From an uncultured delta proteobacterium (GTDB lineage Bacteria; Desulfobacterota; Zymogenia; Zymogenales; Zymogenaceae), in NCBI GenBank assembly GCA_963735595.1, contig CAVTLK010000005.1, positions 800,001 to 864,000 of the forward strand: a stretch of 64,000 bases of DNA. Direction: 5' to 3'. A program made the position numbers and the translations under genes. Below the pieces are notes generated by a model. That model was not told the origin of the DNA. It made no database searches and saw nothing but the letters and a program-made list of their open reading frames with translations. This document shows positions 1 through 10,844 of the stretch, piece by piece; positions within the stretch are counted from its first letter, which is position 1; each line of letters starts with the position of its first letter.

Positions 1-30
1 CGGCAAACTCGCCGGCCGTCCCTGCCGGAA

Positions 31-867
31 ATGAGTAGCAGGACGCTCGATACTATCCTTTCGGCAACCGCGGACGAGATCGCCGGTTGTCCGGGCGTCA
101 GCGTCGAGATCGTCGGAGACGACGACGCCCTCTCGCGACGTTTCGCGGGCGAGATGACCGGCCAGATCGGACAGGGCAACCGGCTCGGGAAGCCCACGTC
201 CCTGATCCTTCCCGTCGGGCCGCGGGGCGGGTATCCGGTCTTCGTAGACGCGGTCAGGCGGGAGCTGCTGGACCTCTCCCACACGAGCTTCTTCTTCATG
301 GATGAATACGTCGGCGGCGACGGCCGGTATATCCCACAGAATCATCCCCTCTCGTTTCGCGGCTTCGTACAGGCACACCTGATCCGGCCGCTTTCGGGGC
401 ACCCCGGGTTTAATCCCGCACGGGTCCACTTCCCCGACCCCGAAGACCCCGGCCGGTACGGCAGGTCCATCGGGGAGGCCGGAGGAATCGACCTGGCCTT
501 ATGTGGCGCAGGGATCGACGGGCACGTTGCCTTCAACGAGCCCGAGCCGGGCATGGACATCGAGGAGTTTTCGAAACTGCCCACCCGCGTCGTTGATCTG
601 ACACCCGAGACCCGCACCGTCAACGCGCTGATGGCGGCGGGCGGGGCGATAGAACTGGTCCCCCGCCGGGCGGTCACGGTCGGGATGGCCGAGATCCTGG
701 TGGCGCGGCGGGTCGTGGTCTTCATGAACCGGGGATGGCAGCGTGCCGTGGTCAGGCGATTTCTGTTCGGGGAGATAACGGCGGCGTTTCCGGTTTCGCT
801 GTTGCGCGGACATTCCGGCCTTTCGGTGGTTATTACCGCGGAAGTCTCCGCGCCGCTACCCGTATGA
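31..867 (+). CDS. Glucosamine-6-phosphate isomerase/deaminase (NagB) family protein
   Basis: FFMDEY, HPLSF and GIDGHVAFNEP motifs; C-terminal EITAAFPVSLL typical of the NagB fold. Confidence 0.8.
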   Translation: MSSRTLDTILSATADEIAGCPGVSVEIVGDDDALSRRFAGEMTGQIGQGNRLGKPTSLILPVGPRGGYPVFVDAVRRELLDLSHTSFFFMDEYVGGDGRYIPQNHPLSFRGFVQAHLIRPLSGHPGFNPARVHFPDPEDPGRYGRSIGEAGGIDLALCGAGIDGHVAFNEPEPGMDIEEFSKLPTRVVDLTPETRTVNALMAAGGAIELVPRRAVTVGMAEILVARRVVVFMNRGWQRAVVRRFLFGEITAAFPVSLLRGHSGLSVVITAEVSAPLPV

Positions 868-883
868 AAATGCAATAGACATC

Positions 884-1543
884 ATGAGTAGATCCGTCAA
901 GGTCAGACAACTAAAAGACGGCTCGGCGGCGTCCGTCCCGTTCCGCATTGACCTCCACGTCCACACGAAGATCGGCTCGCCCTGCGCGTTCTACGATCCG
1001 CTGGAGATCCCGCGTTACGCCCGGGCCGCGGGTCTTTCCGGCGCCGTGATCACCGACCACAACTTCGGGTGGGCTGAAAACGCGCTCTCGCCCGACGCCT
1101 ACGCGAACCTTGCGGCCGCATTCGCCCAACGGGGATTGCTGATGATGGTCGGCATGGAGGTCTCGACGGTCGAGGGGGATATCCTGGTCTACCCCCCGGA
1201 CATTACGGCCCTGATGGGGGCGCTGCCGGGCGGGTTCGGCCGGATGGACTTTACGGTGGACGAGGTGATGGAGGCGGCCGGCCGAATCGGGGCGCTGGCG
1301 GTGTTGGCCCACCCCCACCGTTACCCGAAGACACCTCCCCACGCTATCGAGCGGTTCAACGGAGCCCGGGGGGCGTTCTACAACCCGTACGGCGTCCCGG
1401 AGGTGGGCGGGAGCGACGCGCACTTCCCCTGGGGCGCGGGGGCGGCCTACACGGAGTTTGAGGAAAGGATCACCGGGATTACGGATCTCATCGGGCTGGT
1501 GCGGGAAGGGAAGTGCCGGCCGGGCAGGAGGAAGAGCCAATAG
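884..1543 (+). CDS. PHP-domain metal-dependent phosphoesterase
   Basis: DLHVHT, ITDHN, LAHP and GGSDAH motifs. Confidence 0.85.
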   Translation: MSRSVKVRQLKDGSAASVPFRIDLHVHTKIGSPCAFYDPLEIPRYARAAGLSGAVITDHNFGWAENALSPDAYANLAAAFAQRGLLMMVGMEVSTVEGDILVYPPDITALMGALPGGFGRMDFTVDEVMEAAGRIGALAVLAHPHRYPKTPPHAIERFNGARGAFYNPYGVPEVGGSDAHFPWGAGAAYTEFEERITGITDLIGLVREGKCRPGRRKSQ

Positions 1544-1552
1544 AGGTATGGA

Positions 1553-3095
1553 TTAGTCCTCGCTCCGGCCCCAGGGCATGACCTCGAAGAGATAGATATT
1601 GCAGATCGATTCCGAATAGGGATAGGTGATCTTGAGGAACCTGGCCGAAAACCGCCGGTCGGTCAGCACGACACGCTCGGCATTCCGCGCGGGTTCGTCG
1701 GTTCCCGTGGTGGCGATATAGCTCCTCACAATGCAGGTGTCCACCCGTTTCTCCTCTCCGGAAAACTCCCCGCTGTCGGACGCATACAGGCAGAGCCGGT
1801 TTTTTGACGGTACGATATCGGGTTTGGTTACGGCGGCCACGATCTCGATTCCGTCCACGCTCCGCTCTCGGCCGAAGTCGATCGTCCACTCGCCGTTGCG
1901 CGGCAGGGTATAGGGAGTCGACGGGTCACCATCGGCCGCCGCCCCGGCGGTATAGGGGTCCGATCCCCCGGTTCCAAAGGGCCCGGCGCCTGCCGCCGTC
2001 AGGATGTTGAACTTATCGCCGGGGGCCGCCATGCGAAATTCGTCGGCCTGCCTGCCGGCCTCGGCGGCCGTCTCAAAATCGGCCTCTTCAAAATCATCTC
2101 TCGTCAGCGAAATGTCCGCCGACAGACCCGAGAGATCGCCCCGATACCTGAGACCGACGAAACGGGCCTTCGTGGCCCATCCGCGTAGTACCTTTGCCAC
2201 GGCGGGCGACAGCGCCACCCGGTCGGGCATGGCAATCGGAAAAGATACCGGGTGATCCCCGGGATACGTCAGGGGATTGTATTTCTTGAGGAGGTGCGGG
2301 TATTTTGAAAAATCGACCGCGTCGGGTATTTTGTAGGAAAGAGGGGCAAAGCTAAAGGGAACCGCGCCTTTCTTCGGCGATCCGGGGGCGACCAGAAAGA
2401 GGTCGACCGCCGACGTACCGGACGTCCGGGAAGAGATGAGGAGGGGAACGAAGAGGGAGTCGGCCTCGAACCGGAGCACGAGTGGATCTACTACCGCCTT
2501 TTTTTCGCCGACGGTAACCACGTCAAAGACGAAATACTTTATGTTGCGCGAAAGGTAATCGGTGACGACGGACCGGTACCGCTCGATCTGGGGGGCGGGA
2601 TTCTCGAACGCCGCCCCGCGTCATGAGATCGGCCACCCACCGCTCAAACTCCTCAAAACTCTCTATCCTGACTACGTAGATATCGCGCGGACCGACCGTG
2701 GTCTCGGAGATGAGCTCAACGCCGAGATCGGCGCGCTTGTCGGTCTTCCTGCCGTCGATGACAACACTGAGCAGGGGGGCCTTCTTAGTCAGGAGCGCAT
2801 CCAGGCGCGAGACCGCCTCGCGCGACGTCCCCTCGACCGTGGGATACGTCGGGAGCGCGATAAACCTGATAACGGAAACCTCTCGTGAGGCGGCCAACTC
2901 CGCCGTCAGGATGAGTACTTCTTCGTTGCCACCCCACGCGGCGATGATCTCTTCCCGGGACTGGGACAGATAGACGTAGTCGTCGGTCATCGGGATAAGG
3001 GCATGTCCGGCATGAGAAGGAGTCGGGAGGGAGAAAGCCAGCGCACAAACGAAAAAGATCGCTACGACGAACGGCACCGAGGGAGGGCGTTTCAT
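1553..3095 (-). CDS. Secreted DUF2330-like protein with C-terminal discoidin/F5-8-type-like domain (one frameshift near 2610)
   Basis: Signal peptide MKRPPSVPFVVAIFFVCALAF...SHA; IIAAWGGNEEVLIL and RFIALPTYP motifs; two ORFs join via YFVFDVV; C-terminal ADGDPST...WTIDFG...ARFLKI...LFEV pattern. Confidence 0.55.
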
Positions 3096-3292
3096 GTTTA
3101 TTCTTCTTTCGGGAAGGGTATTTTTGGATTCCTCCAAATGTATACCTTTTATACCTTTTCCCGAAAATGTCAAGGAAATCTTTACTATGACTCCCGATTA
3201 CGGCCGCCCCGCGCCGCCATCCATTTCCTTTGACATCGGTCACGTATCGTGCTATAGGCGATGGATAGTAATACTACAGAGGAGGAGTCGCT

Positions 3293-4953
3293 ATGACGCA
3301 GGTTCACGGCGGTCATCTGGTAGTCAAATCCCTCGAACAACAGGGGGTTACCCACCTGTTTACGTTGTGCGGCGGGCACATCGACAAAATCCTTGATGCG
3401 CTTTCGGGAAGCCCCATCCGCGTTATCGACGTGCGCCACGAGCAGGCGGCGGCCATGATGGCCCAGGGGTGGTCAATGGCCACCGGCAGGCTCGGCGTCT
3501 GCCTGGTCACGGCGGGTCCCGGCCTGACCAACGCCATCACGGGGGTTGTGGACGCGATGGCGTCCCACATCCCGATACTGGTGATCTCGGGGCGCAGCCC
3601 CCGAAAGGAAAACGACCTGGGCGCCCTGCAGGATATCGACCAGGCGGCGCTCATGCGGTCGATCACGAAGGCGGCGTTTATCGTCAACGACACCCAGCGT
3701 ATCCCCGAGTATATCGCGACGGCCTTCCGCTTTGCGCTGTCCGATCGCCCCGGCCCGGTCTACCTGGAGATCCCGGTGGACATCCTCGGGCAGAAGGTGG
3801 AGCTTGAGTCGGTCCCCTTCGGGGCGACGGGCCGGACCGAATATAAACCCGCGGGCGATCCGCGGGCGATAGCCGAGGCGGCCACATTGCTGGCCGGGGC
3901 GCAACGGCCACTCATCATCGGCGGAGGCGGCCTCCGCTGGGGAGAGGGCGGCGGTGCGCTGCAGCGTCTGGTCGAAAAGACGAAGATTCCCTTTATCCTG
4001 CTCAACGAAGGGCGGGGTATGGTCCCGGACGATCACCCGCTCTCACTGTGGGACGGGGGGTTGATGGGATTGACGGTCGGCGGCCGCCCAGTGCGACGTT
4101 GCGCTGATCGCCGGCCTGCGGATGACCTGGCTGACGATGTACGGCAAGATGCTGCCGACGGCAAAGGTCATCCGGGTGGATATCGCCGGATGCGAGGTCG
4201 GCAAGAACCTTCCTCACGAGGTGGGGATCGTCGGGGACGCCGGGCTGGTGCTGTCCGCGCTGGCCGACGGCATCGGGAAATGCGATCACTCGGCCTGGGC
4301 CGCAACAGATCCGCGAATCGTCCGTGGGGCTGATGGCCGACGAAAACGGCAAGAAGCAGGGAGACGATCCGCCGATCCATCCGGTCAGGTTGGTCTCGGA
4401 CGTCTATACCGTCTTCGGCAAGCGAGGCGGTATACGCCACCGACGGCGGGGACATTACCTATTTTTCCCAGATGCACCTGCGGTCCGGGGGGCCGGGGAG
4501 ATTTCTATCCAACGGCGGAAACCTCATGGGGTGCCTCGGCAGCGGCATTCCCTTCGGTATCGTCGGCAAGCTCGCGCATCCCGACAGGGATCTCGGTCGT
4601 GATAAACGGCGACGGGTCCTTCGGGCTCAACGGGATGGAGATCGAGACGGCGGTGCGGCTCAATATCCCGGTCATCATCGTCGTGGCCAACGACCAGGCC
4701 TGGGGGATGGTCAAACACGGGCAGGAGCTTCAGTACGGCCGGGTCGTGGGGACCGAACCTCGGGCCGGTGCGTTACGACCTGATGGCCGCGGGGCTGGGG
4801 GCACACGGGGAGTTTGTCACCGAGCCCAAAGAGATCATCCCGGCGCTGAAACGGGCAAAGGCGTCGGGAAAGGTCGCGGTGGTCAACGTGATCACCGACC
4901 CCACTATCACCAGCCCGGCGACGCACCTGTTTGTGGCGGGGTTGAACGCGTGA
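3293..4953 (+). CDS. Thiamine-pyrophosphate-binding enzyme, IlvB / 2-hydroxyacyl-CoA lyase-like (several frameshifts)
   Basis: LFTLCGGHI, VRHEQAAA, VTAGPG and RPGPVYLEIP; TPP motif GDGSFG...NDQAWG lies in a downstream frame; AGGAG RBS. Confidence 0.85.
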
Positions 4954-5131
4954 CCCGTAGGCGGCGGAGATACGGCATAGACGAAAGGGCCGATAGACGG
5001 ACGCTGTACAGTCAGATATCATCCGGCACGGATAACCCTCGGTTACCCGTGCCGAGGTACGTGGGATGCAACGGGGGTACGTGACCCGTTATCCCGGTTG
5101 ATCGTTTGCGAATGCGTGCATAAAAAAATGG

Positions 5132-5164
5132 TTGACAAGATAGTCTGCAAAATAGAAATATAAT
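5132..5164 (+). promoter_or_regulatory. Candidate sigma70-type promoter for the PxxKW leader
   Basis: TTGACA at 5132-5137 followed by an AT-rich block containing TATAAT at 5159-5164; spacing is longer than canonical. Confidence 0.4.
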
Positions 5165-5185
5165 ATAAAATTCAAACAAAATATC

Positions 5186-5425
5186 AGCTTTTCTGTACGG
5201 GTGTCTGCCGTCGAAGGGGTCTGTTCCAAGGCCGCCGGAGGGCGGCGGGCCGTCGACATGAGCAGGAATCGACACCACGCATCTGACGTTTTGTTTGCCG
5301 TTGTTACCGGTCCGGGGACATCCGAATACAGCAGAAGGGCTTAATCGGAGAGTTAACGGGGGATGGTTGAGCAGAGGCTTTGCCGCCCCTTTTTATGTGA
5401 GGTGCCGTTTACTCTGTCAGATGCG
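5186..5425 (+). ncRNA. Candidate structured RNA or cis-regulatory leader (family unknown)
   Basis: Nested helices 5186-5205/5317-5341, 5210-5214/5269-5273, 5220-5226/5260-5266 and 5231-5236/5241-5246; terminator-like hairpin 5358-5389 plus T5; perfect 10-bp pairing 5278-5287/5416-5425. Confidence 0.45.
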
Positions 5426-5468
5426 CCACCTGTCCTGATGATCCCTGCCACAGAGGAGGAACGAAAAC

Positions 5469-5759
5469 ATGAACTGCACGACGATCAAAGACGGAGTAGA
5501 CTGCGTATTCATGACGAATGCCGGCTGCGGCTACAACGGGACGCGCTGCCACCCGATCACCGAACAATGCGAGGGCTGCGCCCGGATTAAGGAATATCCC
5601 ACGGGAAAATACTGCAGCGCCTCTCCGGATCCCGCCACCAAGTGGGTCAGGGGCTTGTGCAATATAGCCACCCATATCAAAAAAGAAGAGAAGGTCGAGG
5701 CCCTCAAGGTCAACCCCCTCAAGGCCTCCAAGCGGGCGGCGGCAGGCCGGAATAAATAG
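5469..5759 (+). CDS. PxxKW family cysteine-rich protein
   Basis: 96 aa, Cys-rich, PATKW motif, CNIATH, C-terminal KVNPLKASKR; GAGGAGG RBS. Confidence 0.85.
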   Translation: MNCTTIKDGVDCVFMTNAGCGYNGTRCHPITEQCEGCARIKEYPTGKYCSASPDPATKWVRGLCNIATHIKKEEKVEALKVNPLKASKRAAAGRNK

Positions 5760-6080
5760 GCGGCTTATCGCCGACAAACGTCTGACGATCCCCTTGGAAT
5801 CGGCCCGATGTCCTGTCGGTTTATGGACCAGCGCCCTTCCTATCGCTGATGGGAACGCGACGGCGGTTCAATTCACACCGACAAGTACGTAATACTTGCC
5901 GGTGTTTTACTATCCGGGGCAAGCCGTTCCTTGTCCGTTTTCCCGCACGATCCGCTCCGGCGCCCTTTCGGCGGACGGGCGGTTCCGCGTATCGCCCGAT
6001 GCCGGCACCGCCGCTAAAAAAGCCTTGTCAAATATCCCGTTTTGTGGTTATCTGGTTTCACTGCCACCGGTGAGGAAGAC

Positions 6081-6929
6081 GTGACCCCGCACTACCCCGA
6101 CCTCAAGAACTCCGTAATCATCTGCGTCATCTTTCTTGTTTTTCAGATATATATCTCCCTTTTGCCGCGGCGGTCGCCGGAAGCAAGGGCCTCATAATCC
6201 TGACGAGCGTCGTGGTGCCGCCGCTGGTGATCCTGGGTATCGCCGCCCACATGAACGGGACGACGCTCAGGGCAACCCTTAGCCGGGGCCGGGTCGGACG
6301 CCGAACGGTTATCCCGGTTGTCCTCATGACGGTCTCTCTTGCCTTTATCATATCCGAGGTCGAAAACATCGTCATCCACTACCTGATTCCGGCCGACCTC
6401 TACCGGAGCTACCTCAAGCAATTCATGGATATCTTTTTCTTCGAGCGACCCGCCGATCTCGTGCTGGGGCTTGCCTCGATCGCGCTGGTCGGCCCCTTTA
6501 TGGAGGAGGCGGTCTTCCGCGGGGTTATTTTTCGCGGGATTACGTCCCACCGGGGGGCAGCGTACGCCGTCGCGGCGTCGTCCGTCCTGTTTATGGTGGT
6601 GCACGTCAACCCCCTCCAGTTTCCGGGGGCGCTGATCTCGGGCCTCATCTACTCGACGATGATTTCCCGGGGCTACCGGATATGCCGATACCGTTGTCGC
6701 CCACAGCCTGCACAACACGATATCCCTGTTGTTCCTGTTCGAGATCGTCAAGCTGCCGGGGATGAACCTTACGCCGGGGGGGGCCGTGGGCCATGTGTCG
6801 ATCTGGATCGTGGCGGGCGGCGCGATCGTCTTTGCGGCGGCCTTTTCTCTGATCATCCGATGGGCGCCGGGTCACCAGAGACCGCCGGCGTATACGGGAC
6901 AGCCCGGTACCCGGATTCCGACAGAGTAA
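6081..6929 (+). CDS. CPBP family intramembrane glutamic endopeptidase (CAAX protease-like), frameshifted
   Basis: GPFMEEAVFRG, FMVVH and (after a frameshift near 6682) AHSLHN motifs; multiple hydrophobic segments. Confidence 0.8.
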
Positions 6930-7022
6930 CCGATGCGCGTATGGCAGTCCGGCGGATCGTCCCTTGGGTCGGCCGGATGTGTCGGACATGTGTCCGTTAA
7001 TACGAGAAGTGGAGGTATACAT

Positions 7023-9419
7023 ATGAAGGTCGTCAAAATTTCCGTCTATCGCGATCGTGGGCATTATCGCCGTCGCGTTTATCGCCTTTCAGGTCTTCTT
7101 CCGTCTGCCGCTGCCCGAACTATTCGGGCACCATCGAGATCGCCGGGCTTAACGCGCCCGTCGAGGTGCGGTTTGACGAATTTGCCGTCCCCCATATCCT
7201 GGCCGAGAACGAGCACGACCTCTTCTTCGCCCAGGGCTACATCACCGCGCGGGAGCGGATGTTCGAGATGGACATCACGCGCCTGGCCGGCAGGGGCGAG
7301 CTGTGCACGCTGTTCGGAGACAGCACCATCAAGGAGGATCGATACCTGAAGACGGCGGACTTCTACCGGATGGCCCAGGCCGAATACGCCCGACCCTCCC
7401 CGCGTGGGTGAAGGACGTGTCGATGCGTATACCGACGGGGTTAACGCCTACCTCGATTCGGCAAAGCACCTTCCGCGTGAGTACGCGATCCTCGGGGCCG
7501 AACCCGTGCCCTGGGAACCGGAGGATACGATACTGGCGGCCATCCTGATGGGCTTTTCGCTCGAAACGTCCGTCGATGCGGATTTCTCGTTCTACCGGAT
7601 CGGTGAGCATATCGGGCCGGAACGGCTCTCGTACTCTGCTGCCTTCGTATCCCGATTTTGCCCCGACGATCTCGCCGGACGACAGGACGCCGGGTCGCCG
7701 GCGCGATCGCCAGAGCACGTCCGCGCTCTTTCCGTCTTCCGGCCGCGGTCCGGCGGGGTAAATCCCTTCACGGCCCGTCGGCCGGATCATCGGGAGCAAC
7801 TGGATGATCTTCGGGCCGGCGCGGACCATCAACGGGCGCGGCGATCTTTGCCGGAAGCCCGGACCTCGCCCCCCAGATCCCGGCGATCTTTTACCTGGCG
7901 CACCTCAAGGGCGCGGGTTACGACGTGATCGGCGGGTCGGTGCCGGGCGCGCCGGGCATCGCCCCCTCGGCTACAACGGGCACATCGCCTGGTCGGCCAT
8001 CGCATCCCAGCTGGACTGCCTTGACTTTTTCGTCGAAAAGATCAACCCCGATAACCCGGACCAGTACCTGACCGAGAACGGCTGGAAGGACTTCGAGATC
8101 GTCGAGGAGACGCTGAAGATCAAGACCGACGACGGCATTAAGGAAGAGAAGATGACCGTGAAGATTTCCGCGTCACGGCCCCATCATCTCGGACGTGGAT
8201 TCACGCGCGCCGGAAAACTGCGCCATGATGTGGACGGGAAGCTCGGGCACCGGGGCCTTTGAGGGATTTCTGAAACTTGACCGGGCCACGAACTACGACG
8301 AGTTCCGGGACGGCGCTTTCCGGCGTGGCCCAGCCGGAGCTGGTCATGGGGTACGCCGACAAAGACGGCAACATCGGCTACCAGAGCATCGCCAAGACCC
8401 CGATACGAAAGAGGGCGACGGGATACTGCCGGCCCCCGGCTGGGACGGGCAATACGACTGGGCGGGCTACGTGCCGTACGACGAGCTTCCGCACGACCTG
8501 AACCCCCGGGGCGGGGTATTTCGGCGGGTTCAACAACCTGGCCAAGCGGACGGGATGCGCTCAGCAATTTCTACTACTTCGAGCGCGCCGCCCGTTTTGC
8601 CGAGATCATGGGCGAACGGACGACGCCCCTTTCCCCCGACGACGTGAGGCAGCTGCAGCTCGAATCGCGTCTCGGTGGTGGCCAAGCGCCTGGTCCCCTA
8701 CGTCCTTTCGGCCGCAAAGGGCGACGAGGAGCTGGCCGAATATACGGCGCTCTTCGACGGGTGGGACTGTTCGCTGGATAAAGACAGCGCCGCCGCGGCG
8801 CTCTACGGCGCGTTTTACCTCCCCCTGTTGACCAATACCTTCAAGGACGAGTTCCCCGAGGATATCTGGAAGGAGCTGACCGACGCCGACATGGTCTATT
8901 TTGCCGACCAGGCGCTGGCAAAGCACATCGGGGAAAACGACTTCGCCCTGTTTGACGACTTGACGACAACAGACGTCGTCGAGACGCGCGACGAGATCAT
9001 CAGGAAGAGCCTCAACGACGCCGCGGCCGAGCTGACCGACCGCCTGGGGGACGATCCCGCACAGTGGCGGTGGGGCAGAGCTCCACGAGATGACGTTCGC
9101 CCACCCGCTGGGCGAGGTCCTCACGTTCCTGAACCTCCCGGCGATTCCCATGAGCGGGGACTTCTTCACGATCGGCGCGGCCAACTGGGGCATCAAAGAT
9201 CTGTACGACATGACCTACGGCGGCTGCATCGGATGATCGTCGACTTTTCCGACATTACGAAAATCGACCCTCGTCTCCCCGCCGGGCCAGTCGGGCCAGT
9301 ACCTCTCCCCCCACTACGGCGACCAGGTCGACGCGTGGCTCACCAACGACCAGATCCCGATGCACTATACGGACGCGGAAAGCTTGAAGGACGTGCTGGT
9401 GCTGACGCCGAAGAAATGA
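7023..9419 (+). CDS. Penicillin acylase family (Ntn hydrolase) protein, multiple frameshifts
   Basis: VPHILAENEHDLFFAQGY, GSNW nucleophile site (~7792), GYNGHIAW, YADKDGNIGYQ, WRWG and PPGQSG motifs across frames. Confidence 0.85.
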
Positions 9420-9442
9420 GATCAGCGCGATACGTGAGACGA

Positions 9443-9480
9443 AACGGGGCGGGCGACCTCATTGGGTCGCCCGCCCCGTT
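9443..9480. terminator. Hairpin terminator between convergent genes
   Basis: Perfect 16-bp inverted repeat AACGGGGCGGGCGACC / GGTCGCCCGCCCCGTT. Confidence 0.75.
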
Positions 9481-9526
9481 CTTTATATTCCGTCCGTCCG
9501 AACCGTTCCGGCGACAGGAAACCTGC

Positions 9527-10832
9527 CTACACCGCCGTATACAGCCCCTTGTCGTACCCTTCCTTGCCGTCGTATTTCGTGGCCAGCTGGTTCAGGTAGT
9601 AATCGTAGGCACCCTCCACGAACTCGACGCCCAGGCCCGTCAGCGCCTTCTTGAGGTCTTCGACCGACGGCGGGCACCCCCTCAGCTCGATTGCCTCGTT
9701 GATGTTCTTGTTTCCCTTGTTGGCGGCGATGATGCAGTTGCCCAAGAGCAGCGTCTTGTCGTAACCGGGGCGCGCCTGCATCCGTTTGCCGGACAGCACC
9801 TCGAAGTTGCCGAAGGGCTTTCCCTTGTTGGCCGAGATTATGAAGATATTGGACATGTTCACGATGGGCGAGCAGCCCGTGCAGAGCGTCTCGTCGTATT
9901 TCGGTATAGCCACCCCGGTGATCCCCATCCGCTCGAAGATCGTGGGGCCGGTGTTGTCCGCGTTCCAGTTCCAGTCCCACTTGACCGGCTTCTTGACTTT
10001 CTCTACGTCTTCCCCCTTCATCACGTAGTCGCGGTAGTCCAGCGAGCAGTCGTTGCGCTTCGCGTAGAGGGCAAGGTGACCGATCTCGGCCGGGTCGATG
10101 CCCAGCAGCGTTGTCGCCACCACGTCGGCGGCAAGGATATCGGTGGAGACCACGATCAGGTCGGCCCGGTAGGCGTTGCCGGTGTGGATGGGGCCTTTCT
10201 CCAGGACGTAGATCCCGTCCTCGATGGTGAGGTCAGGCGTCAGCTTTTCCGGGATGAGCGACACGCAGTAGTCCAGGTCGAGGTCCTTGTGGTGGCAGAG
10301 GCGGCGGCTTGCCATCTTGAGGCAGCCCTTGAGGTTCTTCATGCCGAGCGATACTTTGGTCTGCGAGTGGGTCTTCATGGCCGGGATGTCGACGAGGAAA
10401 TCGGCCCTGAGCACGGGCTCCGCGATCAGGAGCGACAGGTCGTCGGAGAGCTTCACCTTTTCGAACGGCCCGTCGTTGAGGTCGAGGAGCTTGACCCCGT
10501 ATTTCTTTACCAGCGCCCCGTAGCCCAGGTTTTCCATGACGCCGATGCTCGTGGGGGAGTCATCGTAGAGCTGCACCGCGCCCTCGGCGATGACGATATC
10601 GGCGCACCCGAAGTCTTTGAGGGCGATCACCAGGTCTTCGACGAGCCGGGTGGTGGTAAAGACCCCGTAGGGGGGGATGTGGTGTTTGTTGTCCCAGGTC
10701 AGGGCGTTGGGCTTGATGACGACCCGGTGGGTCTTCTTGAGGCCCGTAAAGCCGTCGGCGAGCGTTATCGCCCGCTTGAGCGATTCGGCGGGCTTTTCGA
10801 TATTTGACGACGGCGACGTTCGGTTTTTCCAT
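9527..10832 (-). CDS. DUF362 domain Fe-S protein (frameshift near 10800)
   Basis: VVIKPN, IAEG, PAMKTH, LGMKNLKG, ADVVA; C-terminal CTGC, GNC and GCPP. Confidence 0.8.
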
Positions 10833-10844
10833 GACGGTGTCCTT

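Noticed and set aside
5186..5341. 6S RNA identity for the long hairpin
   Set aside because: The internal loop is strongly asymmetric, I see no recognisable 6S conserved boxes, and the usual zapA/ygfA context is absent; left as an unknown RNA candidate
8675..10807. 710-aa plus-strand ORF
   Set aside because: Chimera of a penicillin-acylase fragment and the antisense shadow of the DUF362 gene
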